Shown here: positions 1 to 7,720 of the stretch, in pieces
Numbering within the stretch: position 1 is the stretch's first letter
Layout: each line of letters starts with the position of its first letter
Assembly: GCA_964608385.1 (NCBI GenBank)
Contig: CAZSOP010000001.1
Span: forward strand, 1-43,074
From: an uncultured Cytophagia bacterium
GTDB lineage: Bacteria > Zhuqueibacterota > Zhuqueibacteria > Residuimicrobiales > Oceaniaggregativiventaceae
Direction of reading: 5' to 3'
DNA length: 43,074 bases
Made by a program: the position numbers and the translations under genes
Notes under the pieces: generated by a model
Seen by the model: the letters and a program-made list of their open reading frames with translations, nothing else
Told to the model about the DNA's origin: nothing
Database searches by the model: none

Positions 1-2044
1 ATGCAACCGTCATGTTGAGGCGATTTGAAATATCATAGGTAAAGCGCAGGCTGCCGTAGACATTCGGGGTGCGGAAAATATATTTTGAGCCAAAATCGGG
101 TTCGGTTTTTTTCAGTTTGCTGGATTGAATGGTGAAACCGGAGAGCAATTCCGCTTTATTCATACGCAGGCCCACTTCTATTTCAGCGCCTTGTACACGC
201 GAGCCCGAACCATTAATGCGGTAAAATTCAAATTCATCCGTTGCCGGATCGTCAGCCTCTGTAAGCAAAAAGGTATCATTGATGCGTGTATAAAAACCAT
301 TTAAGCTTACCTTTATACCTATGACATCAATGATGTTCTGGTATTCAAATCCACCGTAAAAAGTATGGCCGCGTTCTTCTTTTAAACCATCGCTATTGCG
401 AATAATCTGACCTTCGCCGCCGACTTGAGTAATGTGAAGGTCCTCGTCAAAGACCTGTGGTGCCTTAAAGCCGGATGAATAGCCACCCCGAAAGAGGAAC
501 GCACCGGACAGACTGCTTTTTAGCGCCACTCTCGGACTGGCGATGATCGATTTGATTTCGGAATGCTTGTCGAAACGAGCACCGTAGACGATTTCCGTAT
601 CTTTATGAATGTCGATGTTGTAGGTATCCTGTACGATAAAACCGAGATCGGTATATGTTTGGTCGATCATTCGGTCATAGGCAATGGCCTCATCTTTTAT
701 GCCGTCTTGTTTGAATTGGATACCGGTAACGATTGCATGATTGCGCAGCAGGTAATTGGAACGGATACCGCAGACGAAAAGCGGATTGTCGGTTTTGCCG
801 TATGCATTTGGATCCTGCTCAGCGCCATAATAGCTATCCCGGTCTGTGATGGCAAATGATGCATAGGCTTTATAATCAAACAGGATTGTTGGTTTTTGTT
901 CCCAGGCTATCGAGCCGCCATAGCGATGTGTTTCAACCCATTCGGCAATATCGGCCTGATGCGGCGGCCGATTAAAAGCGTTGCCGCCGCGACGATCTTC
1001 ATGAATGTAATGAAGTTGAACGGATAATTCGCTGCGAGGCGTCGGATTAAAAAACCAATTGGCACCTGCAGCTTTTTGTTTGATTTGACCGATTTCGCTG
1101 AAACCGTCATCATTGTGATCATAAGGATCGCGTTTGCGATAATTGCCGTACACAACACCTCGGGATGTGGCGTCGGCATTGACGCGTGAAATCGTGCCGC
1201 CAACCCTATGATCTTGTGTGCTTTCTATGAAACCGTTGTTGTAATCCAGGCTATATTCATTACGAGTCGGACGACGCGTGATGAGATTAATCACGCCGGC
1301 CATGGCTTGTCCACCATACAATGAAGAGCCGCCGCCCTTGATAATCTCAACCCGTTCGATCATTTCCTGCGGCAGCTGTTCAAGTCCATACACACCGGCA
1401 AGACTGCTGATTACAGGATCACTGTCGATGAGAATCTGCGAGTGATGGCCTTCGAGACCAAGCATACGAACCTGGGTGAAATTGCAGTTTTGGCAATTGC
1501 TTTCGACGCGTATACCGGGTTGAAAGTCAATGGCTTCAGCAAGATTGTTGACCTTTTGGCGAACGATAATATCCCGATTAACAACAGCTGTTTTCACTGT
1601 CGATTCCGAATAGAGTTGCGGTATGCCGGTGCCGGTTACCACAATCTCGTTCATCTCAATGATTGATTCACTCATCGTAAGATCAAGACTGATTTCGGAT
1701 TGTGCCTTGACGACAATCTGTTTTTCCAAAATCCGGTACCCCATCATTGTGGCACGAATTGTATATCTACCGACAGGGACGCCGCTGATGAGATAGTTGC
1801 CGTCCGAACCCGTGGCAGCACCGAGATTTGTGCCGGAAACAGCTATGTTGACGCCGGGCAAAATTTCATTTGTCGAATCGGCCGTCACCTTTCCGTAGAT
1901 GATACCGCAATTGTGTTTATGATGAAAATTCCTGTCGTGATGCCGGCCGTGTCGATGTCCACGTGCCTGATTTTGTTGGGCGGCGAGCCCTGTAAATATA
2001 GAGAAGAATAATATGAGAATTGTTATATATTTCAATTTTAACAT
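1..2044 (-). CDS. TonB-dependent outer-membrane receptor, partial (C-terminus runs off the left edge). It has a signal peptide, a His-rich tract, a CarboxypepD_reg-like domain, a plug and the start of the barrel.
   Basis: It is absent from the ORF track because there is no stop codon inside the window. My reverse-strand translation from ATG 2044..2042 (GGAGG 5 nt upstream) gives MLKLKYITILILFFSIFTGLAAQQNQARGHRHGRHHDRNFHHHKHNCGIIYGKVTADSTNEILPGVNIAVSGTNLGAATGSDGNYLISGVPVGRYTIRATMMGY. Plug-type motifs follow: NLAEAIDFQPGIRVESNCQNCNFTQVRMLGLEGHHSQILIDSDPV and ERVEIIKGGGSSLYGGQAMAGVINLITRRP. At the window edge the same frame reads ...VYGSLRFTYDISNRLNMTVA, which looks like alternating barrel strands; the middle of the frame was not translated. 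Confidence 0.9.
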   Translation of the reverse strand, partial: MLKLKYITILILFFSIFTGLAAQQNQARGHRHGRHHDRNFHHKHNCGIIYGKVTADSTNEILPGVNIAVSGTNLGAATGSDGNYLISGVPVGRYTIRATMMGYRILEKQIVVKAQSEISLDLTMSESIIEMNEIVVTGTGIPQLYSESTVKTAVVNRDIIVRQKVNNLAEAIDFQPGIRVESNCQNCNFTQVRMLGLEGHHSQILIDSDPVISSLAGVYGLEQLPQEMIERVEIIKGGGSSLYGGQAMAGVINLITRRPTRNEYSLDYNNGFIESTQDHRVGGTISRVNADATSRGVVYGNYRKRDPYDHNDDGFSEIGQIKQKAAGANWFFNPTPRSELSVQLHYIHEDRRGGNAFNRPPHQADIAEWVETHRYGGSIAWEQKPTILFDYKAYASFAITDRDSYYGAEQDPNAYGKTDNPLFVCGIRSNYLLRNHAIVTGIQFKQDGIKDEAIAYDRMIDQTYTDLGFIVQDTYNIDIHKDTEIVYGARFDKHSEIKSIIASPRVALKSSLSGAFLFRGGYSSGFKAPQVFDEDLHITQVGGEGQIIRNSDGLKEERGHTFYGGFEYQNIIDVIGIKVSLNGFYTRINDTFLLTEADDPATDEFEFYRINGSGSRVQGAEIEVGLRMNKAELLSGFTIQSSKLKKTEPDFGSKYIFRTPNVYGSLRFTYDISNRLNMTVA

Positions 2045-2294
2045 TTTAACCTCCATGTTGAATAGAATAAAAACCAGATTCATAAGATGAATCGACCAAA
2101 GTGGCCAGGTAATATATGTCGGTTTTCAGCTTGATATATTGGAATTAAAAAAGTTGAATTATGAGACGTATTTGCGTTTTTATGTCAATATTTATAAAGA
2201 CAAAAAAGCCGATAGACAATAATGGTTATCCCGAATGATCCAGGCCATACTATCATTTTTTTTGTTTTTATACATTGAACGCTACGAGTCAAAA

Positions 2295-2684
2295 TTATAA
2301 AGTTGGCAAGTCCTGAATCGTTACAGGGGGGGCGCGACGCGAAAAGGGAGCATATTCTACTTGAGTAATAGGGGAGGTAGATATGTAAAAAAAGGAGGCA
2401 AGAAAAAGAGCAGCAATAAACAAGAGTACGGCGCCGGCAAGCAGAGATTTCATGCCGGAAAATTGATTGAAAACGAAGAGTTCCAGATTTGTGTGCTGAT
2501 GAGAATTGCCGGAAGGATCAGTCCGGGGTAATGCGTGGCTATGAGCGACGATACGACCATCCGGCAAAACGTGTAGGTGCATGTAAAAATAGACGATAAA
2601 CAAAAATGCCAGGATAGACGCCAATACGATCAGCGCGAGCAAATTGCAGGAACGATTATTATGTCGTCTAAAGTATTGCATCAC
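2295..2684 (-). CDS. Hypothetical small membrane protein with two predicted TM helices flanking a His-rich loop
   Basis: 129-aa ORF with a GTG/ATG start at 2684/2681. Hydrophobic helices are LLALIVLASILAFLFIVYFYM and LLAGAVLLFIAALFLASFFYI. The loop reads HVLPDGRIVAHSHALPRTDPSGNSHQH. It is co-directional with and upstream of the TonB receptor. No family is recognised and no SD is seen. Confidence 0.45.
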   Translation of the reverse strand: MMQYFRRHNNRSCNLLALIVLASILAFLFIVYFYMHLHVLPDGRIVAHSHALPRTDPSGNSHQHTNLELFVFNQFSGMKSLLAGAVLLFIAALFLASFFYISTSPITQVEYAPFSRRAPPVTIQDLPTL

Positions 2685-3110
2685 AAGTTAAACAATTTTT
2701 TCTGCCGGAGGTCTTTTATCAGTCTTTATGCTTCCGATAATATGATTTTAAGAGCTGTAATATAAAACAGGTAACTGTAAGAAGCAAGAAATTTATTTCC
2801 AGACCATTCAATAGTCGGGGGGGTCGGACCCAAATAAATATTTATTTATAAACTATTCAAGCCAGGATGTTCTCTGTTTTTCGTTCCCCGGGATGCATAT
2901 TGGGGCCCATAATACGCGTTCCAGGGAGCGAAAACATTTGGTTCGGAAGGGTCGAATGTTTACGATGGTCTTGTTTTCAGATCAGCGACAGTGCTTAACA
3001 ACCTTTTTTTGGGCCGAAAAATGGCTTCCAGGGGCGATTTTTAGCAAAAAGTGTTTGATATATCGTTATTTTTAACAATTTGATTTGTTCCGACCCTAAA
3101 AGTGAATCAC

Positions 3111-6038
3111 TCACCGCCCGGTGGTAGCATTCTGCAGCCAGAGCGCGTAATCATTTTTATCCGGCAGGCCATCCAGGTTGAAATCAGTCTCATCATAGAT
3201 GTCATTCCCGTTTTTCTCCACATTGTACCAATAGACATAATCCGTTGATGTAATCCAACCATCTTGATCCGCATCCCCGGCGACCAGCCCATAGAGGCCG
3301 CTGCCGAGATCGATGCTTTTATAGTCACAGCTTTGCGCAGCAGAAAAATCGACTGAGACGGACGCATCGTCGGAGAGAAAGTGCGGGGTTTGGCTTGTTA
3401 TCTTTGCATGGTTGCGGTGACGCAAGACGATATAATAATCATCGCTATTGGTGTTAAAAAATTCGAGATCGGAATTGCCCGCCGTGTCGATGATTTGTCC
3501 GTTGTCCTTTAGGAAAAAAGAGCGTGAATTGACGACCGGACCTTCAGGGGTTGCCCGCAGTTCGATACCAATCCAGTCGACAATGTCAGCAGGAATATCG
3601 TTTTGTGTCGCCACACTTTCATCGTCACCATAGGGAGATGACAGGGGCAGAAGCCCCTGGTTTTTAAGCGCCGTACGCATCTGGCCGGAGCCGGTATAAG
3701 CGCCCTGCAGAAAGGCCTGGCAGTTGAGAAAAACAGATGGTTGTATGGCCTCAATGTCCAGATAGTTGAGCATGGTGTATTCGTCAAAGATCCCCATATC
3801 CATTGTCAGTTTACTGTCGGAAATCGTAACCGTATCGCTTCGTACGATATATGGAGTAGAGGGGGTGGTGGCCTCGTCGTTTATAAAAGAAACGCCTTCG
3901 ATGTCGATTTTATGATGGGAATAGGTGCGGTCCTGCCAGCCCACCGATACGGTGACGTCATAGGTCCCGGCAGGGAGGTCGAATTCGAAAACTTTGGTGA
4001 GACCCCAGTTATCATAGGCAATGCTCTTCTGCAGCTCGTTGGGGCCGCTGCTCAGGTAGCGGTACATCACGTGGGCCATATCGCCGAACCAGCCGTATCC
4101 GAGCTCCTGGCCATAGGCATTCCAGCCAATTTTCATATAGGTGTGGCCATTGACGACCAGCGGATCGGTCACAGGCGATCCGGATGGATCCTGAAAGTTG
4201 ATATAGTAATCGCCCGGAGGTCCTTCGGCACGGGGATGGCTTGCCGGCGGCTGAATATCCGGAATCGAGGCAATTTCCCCTGCGATTTTTTCTCCGATCA
4301 ACCGTCTGAGATTGTACATAAAGTTGCTATTTCGGGTATAGCTGGTCGTGCTTTGTATGATCTTGTCTGCCTGGGGATCAGAGTCGTTGGTTATATTCAC
4401 CTGAGGCGGGCCACCGGCCAGCAGCGAAAGATATTCATAGTCCTCAATGCTGTCCCGCATCAGTTCAAAGCGAATCGAGGGCACAAAACGATGGTTGTTG
4501 GCGCCATACGCAATGGGCGTGTTATCCTCGGAGGGCGGGTAGAGCATAAACAGATCGCCGTTATGGCCATCATTCAGGGGATTGGTCCAGGGATTGATAC
4601 TCCAGTTGTTCATCGAATAATATGCGATTCCCCTTATGCGGTATTTCCACAAGAACCATCCGGTAAATTTGGATTCAATTCCCGGATGGTCGAGTGTTAT
4701 GGGATTGAAATAGGGGGGTCTGGTACCGTGTAAAAAATAGATCCAGGTATCCTCATTATAGGGTGCGACGGCTCTGGCATGGGCTTTATCCGGATCGTAT
4801 TGATGCAGAACGGGAAGCCAGATATCTATTTTAGCGCCGGTGTAGGTTGCATGGTTATAGATTTCCGCACGGGCCCCTTCAGAAACCAGTTTTCGGATAT
4901 TGGGCGCAGCCTGATGAAGATATTGGCTGTACCAGGCAACCGCATCATAATCGAGCTGATCCTGGGGCTCGTTGGCCACATAGAAATAGGCCTTGTCGAG
5001 GTAACCGGTGGTTGTAAGATAGTCCTGTACGCTGGAAATATAGGAAAACCATTTGCTATTATAGGCAGAGGAGGGATTGTTCATCCAATCGCTGCTGCTT
5101 TTGCTGATGCCGCAAAATGAGGAAGGCCGGCCGTCTGACGATGCATCATTGCTGGTAAAGAGCTGGCCCGCCATAAAAGAGGAAAAGCCGGCGTTTTGGC
5201 GTAAATGGCTGCCATCCAGATAAAAATCTGCCGGATCCTCGAATCCCCAGATACCATAGGGATCCGAAAGGGTTTCGGTCGGACAATCATAGTCAATATA
5301 GGGACCCCCTCCGCCGGACATCAAACCACCGGACCACAGGGCGGATTTGGGGGTTAGCCTGTGATCGATAAAATATTGTTTCATCTTGTCGACATACATC
5401 CAATATTCAGAACCGGTGCCGGAGACGCTGTATTTTGTCAGAACGGCATTGTGGTTAAAGTTCATTTGTGAGCAGATACCCGGCATGTCCGGCAGGACAA
5501 AGTCGAAAACATGCAGATTTACGGGGATGGCAACGCCGCCGATCGTCATGGATGCGGTGTAATCGCCGGCTGCTGTGCCGGGGGGAACAAAAACACTGAA
5601 CCATAAGGCGGTATTCTGGTTGGCGACCAGATCGATTGTGGCGTTGTCTTCAAGCGGCCACAATGGATCGGGATAGCTTCCGGTTTGTCCCAATCCGTCC
5701 GATGGCTGGGTGATAGTGACGTATTTAACCTGATAGAGTTCAATCGTAATGCCGGAGCCAAACGAGCCCATTTGTATCGCTGCGGATTGATCAGCGGAAG
5801 GCTTGACGATGATCTGGAACGGTTCAAATTCGTTGCGAGCGGCAAAGAGGTTTACCGATGAGCCGGCCAATGCCGGGACGTCGGCTCCTTTGAAGACGCG
5901 TTCACTGGGTTCGGTGGTCCAAAACGTCAGTTGGCTGGTCGATTGGCTCAGCTTATAGGTATAGTCTTGCAGCTGACCATATAGAGAGACAGACATCACC
6001 AATATAAACGCCGTCATGCGCAGCATATACACTCCCAT
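3111..6038 (-). CDS. Secreted DUF4091 / GH123-like glycoside-hydrolase-family protein with a carbohydrate-binding-like module and a C-terminal dockerin-like (EF-hand type) repeat pair
   Basis: The track ORF is 3111..6158. The first 40 aa are not protein-like, so I prefer a start at 6038 or 6026 (MGVYMLRMTAFILVMSVSLYGQ, a signal peptide). GH123-N-like motif: NLFAARNEFEPFQIIV. DUF4091-like motifs: YFYVANEPQDQLDYDAV, IDIWLPVLHQYDP, GTRPPYFNPITLDHPGIESKFTGWFLWKYRIRGIAYYSMNNW, GDLFMLYPP, IRFELMRDSIEDYEYLSLL. C-terminus: GDADQDGWITSTDYVYWY...DFNLDGLPDKNDYALW. Confidence 0.75.
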   Translation of the reverse strand: MGVYMLRMTAFILVMSVSLYGQLQDYTYKLSQSTSQLTFWTTEPSERVFKGADVPALAGSSVNLFAARNEFEPFQIIVKPSADQSAAIQMGSFGSGITIELYQVKYVTITQPSDGLGQTGSYPDPLWPLEDNATIDLVANQNTALWFSVFVPPGTAAGDYTASMTIGGVAIPVNLHVFDFVLPDMPGICSQMNFNHNAVLTKYSVSGTGSEYWMYVDKMKQYFIDHRLTPKSALWSGGLMSGGGGPYIDYDCPTETLSDPYGIWGFEDPADFYLDGSHLRQNAGFSSFMAGQLFTSNDASSDGRPSSFCGISKSSSDWMNNPSSAYNSKWFSYISSVQDYLTTTGYLDKAYFYVANEPQDQLDYDAVAWYSQYLHQAAPNIRKLVSEGARAEIYNHATYTGAKIDIWLPVLHQYDPDKAHARAVAPYNEDTWIYFLHGTRPPYFNPITLDHPGIESKFTGWFLWKYRIRGIAYYSMNNWSINPWTNPLNDGHNGDLFMLYPPSEDNTPIAYGANNHRFVPSIRFELMRDSIEDYEYLSLLAGGPPQVNITNDSDPQADKIIQSTTSYTRNSNFMYNLRRLIGEKIAGEIASIPDIQPPASHPRAEGPPGDYYINFQDPSGSPVTDPLVVNGHTYMKIGWNAYGQELGYGWFGDMAHVMYRYLSSGPNELQKSIAYDNWGLTKVFEFDLPAGTYDVTVSVGWQDRTYSHHKIDIEGVSFINDEATTPSTPYIVRSDTVTISDSKLTMDMGIFDEYTMLNYLDIEAIQPSVFLNCQAFLQGAYTGSGQMRTALKNQGLLPLSSPYGDDESVATQNDIPADIVDWIGIELRATPEGPVVNSRSFFLKDNGQIIDTAGNSDLEFFNTNSDDYYIVLRHRNHAKITSQTPHFLSDDASVSVDFSAAQSCDYKSIDLGSGLYGLVAGDADQDGWITSTDYVYWYNVEKNGNDIYDETDFNLDGLPDKNDYALWLQNATTGR

Positions 6039-6549
6039 GTTTTTTGATGTCCATGATGTCAAACAAGAATGATGGCAAAAAGAATGCCAGATTAGCAGCT
6101 GGTGTTTGGAATATTTATTCCAATAAATACAATAAATTATGACGATTTGATGTTGCACCGGAAGAAAGTCAAATGCCCTTTTTGTGATATGGCCAGGTTG
6201 TTGGTCATCTCACCACTAAATTCCGTACAATTCACCGCATACATCTTGTACGCCTTTGTATTCGATCTTTTGCTCGGTCGGTAAAAATTGAAAAAATCTC
6301 TAGACAATTAGAGCAGATTTTATCATATTACTGCTTGTATAGAAAATTCATGTTTTGCGGCTTTTGGTCATCGAGTATAATGCCAAATTTCCGCCGCCGA
6401 TATCCTGTTGCATGACCTATGATCAACATCATGTCTGGGCGCGGGATGACCATTTTGGCGCCTCTCTGGCATTTTTGGAAACCCAATTCGCTATAAAAGG
6501 ATACTTTGGAATATAACCCGTTAAATGAGATAATTTTCACAGGAGAGAG

Positions 6550-7395
6550 ATGAAAAAGCTATACAATATTAAAGTGAATGAGAATGTGATTATTGGAAAT
6601 GATCTTCCCTTTGCACTCATCGCTGGTCCTTGTCAGTTAGAGAGTAGAGATCATGCGCTTTTTATGGCAAAGTCCCTTGTCGATATTACGAATGATCTAA
6701 ACATACCTTATGTTTTCAAGACATCATTTGATAAAGCAAATCGCAGTAGTGGACATTCGAAAAGAGGTATAGGTCTGGAAAAAGCCATTGATGTCTTTAG
6801 AGAGATAAAAGAGCGTTACGGTTGTCCGATTTTAACCGATGTTCACACAGCAGCTCAGTGCGAACCGGTTTCAGCTTTTGTGGATATTTTGCAAATCCCT
6901 GCTTTTTTATGCCGGCAAACAGATTTTGTTGTAGCTGTTTCTAAAATGGACAAACCCGTTAATGTTAAAAAAGGACAATTTCTTTCTCCCTGGGACATTC
7001 AGAATATAATTGATAAAATTGAAGGAGCCGGGAATCACAAAATATTGCTTACGGAGCGGGGCGTTTCATTCGGTTATAACACATTAATAGTAGACCCACT
7101 ATCAATTCCGATTATGTCTAGAACCGGGTATCCTACGGTTATAGATGCTACTCATGCAGTTCAACAGCCAGGTGCATTTGGAAAGACAACAGGAGGAGAC
7201 AGAAAAATGGCACCTATTATTGCACGATCTGCTGTTTCGAATGGAGTCGGTGCCGTTTTTATTGAAACTCATAATGATCCTGATAATGCCCCTTCCGATG
7301 GGCCCAATATGATTCGTCTTGATGAAATATACGATTTATTAAAAGTACTTGAAGAAATTGATAACATCGCCAAAAAGAATCCCATAAATATTTAA
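6550..7395 (+). CDS. kdsA: 3-deoxy-8-phosphooctulonate (KDO-8-P) synthase
   Basis: 281 aa with an AGGAGAG SD upstream. Motifs: LIAGPCQLESRDHAL, PYVFKTSFDKANRSS, ILTDVH, LQIPAFLCRQTD, VNVKKGQFLSPWD, VIDATHAVQQPG, AVFIETHNDPDNAPSDGPNM. Confidence 0.97.
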   Translation: MKKLYNIKVNENVIIGNDLPFALIAGPCQLESRDHALFMAKSLVDITNDLNIPYVFKTSFDKANRSSGHSKRGIGLEKAIDVFREIKERYGCPILTDVHTAAQCEPVSAFVDILQIPAFLCRQTDFVVAVSKMDKPVNVKKGQFLSPWDIQNIIDKIEGAGNHKILLTERGVSFGYNTLIVDPLSIPIMSRTGYPTVIDATHAVQQPGAFGKTTGGDRKMAPIIARSAVSNGVGAVFIETHNDPDNAPSDGPNMIRLDEIYDLLKVLEEIDNIAKKNPINI

Positions 7396-7399
7396 TCAT

Positions 7400-7667
7400 G
7401 CCCAAGAAGCGCTGCACCCGGACGGCAATCCCGCTGTGCTTCATTGCCGCCGGTGAGCCCGGTCGTTGCTGCGCCGAGCGCAGCTTGGTGCTTTGGATTT
7501 GGGGTTGGACCAAATTAAAGCGGTATTTATACAATATCAAGGTGATCCGTGAGCTCCAACTCGAACGGCGTATAGCCGCCCTGATGCGTGTCCAGCTGTT
7601 CACCACCAAACCAGGCGTTCGTCTTATAATCGCAGGCACCGATCAAGACAGCACTCTCTTTGAGCAG
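7400..7667 (-). pseudogene. Decayed fragment of a GH2-family glycosidase (GusA/beta-glucuronidase-like sugar-binding domain)
   Basis: Reverse-strand frame 7667..7527 reads LLKESAVLIGACDYKTNAWFGGEQLDTHQGGYTPFELELTDHLDIV then a stop. From memory of E. coli GusA, this aligns residue-for-residue with ...THYGKVWVNNQEVMEHQGGYTPFEADVT. After a frame change, ...AMKHSGIAVRVQRFL sits where the GH2 motif AGIHRSV would be. Only about 90 of roughly 600 residues remain, with stops on both sides. The piece looks more GC-rich by eye than its neighbours. Confidence 0.55.
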
Positions 7668-7720
7668 TCATTGGATTCGAATGAGCAGTAAAACTCAAGC
7701 GCTGCGGCTGTTGTGATTCG

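Noticed and set aside
2929-2964. The GGAA-tetraloop hairpin as an SRP (4.5S) RNA domain IV.
   Set aside because: It lacks the conserved symmetric and asymmetric loops (AGGUCAGG...GGAAGCAGCC pattern). It is a plain helix with G-U pairs, so I kept it only as an unexplained hairpin.
2893-3075. The 60-aa plus-strand track ORF in the large spacer.
   Set aside because: It has an Arg/Lys-rich composition with no motifs and no SD, and it reads straight through a T7 run.
2821-3096. An 8-bp GC-rich inverted repeat (GGGTCGGA at 2821..2828 and TCCGACCC at 3089..3096) bracketing the spacer, as possible mobile-element ends or a long-range RNA helix.
   Set aside because: By my rough estimate, one 8-mer inverted match in a ~400-bp region is about what chance predicts. 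There are no target-site duplications and no transposase.
2045-3110. A cobalamin, NiCo or other riboswitch upstream of the TonB receptor or the His-loop gene.
   Set aside because: I could not find a B12 box or other conserved riboswitch cores on the minus strand by eye. This needs a covariance-model scan before any claim.
3741-4733. Very long antisense ORFs inside confident genes: 3741..4733, 8360..9115, 14125..14838, 21531..22151, 33161..33685, 36111..36611 and 38765..39259.
   Set aside because: Each lies entirely opposite a gene with clear family motifs or a signal peptide. Their translations are Ile/Arg/Gly-rich, low-complexity and motif-free, and they lack SD sequences. They are shadow ORFs, expected when the sense strand avoids TTA, CTA and TCA codons. 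They are not overlapping genes.
7673-7681. GGATTCGAA, the reverse complement of the tRNA T-loop consensus TTCGAATCC, suggesting a minus-strand tRNA.
   Set aside because: The flanking bases cannot form a T-stem (GCTCA versus CCAAT). No acceptor or anticodon arms can be drawn. I found no tRNA, rRNA, tmRNA, RNase P or SRP RNA signatures anywhere in the window.
7259-7691. Track ORFs 7398..7691 (+, 97 aa) and 7259..7639 (-, 126 aa) in the kdsA / giant-gene spacer.
   Set aside because: Neither looks like a protein. The minus ORF runs antisense into kdsA. The region is better explained by the GH2 (GusA-like) remnant read in two other sub-frames.
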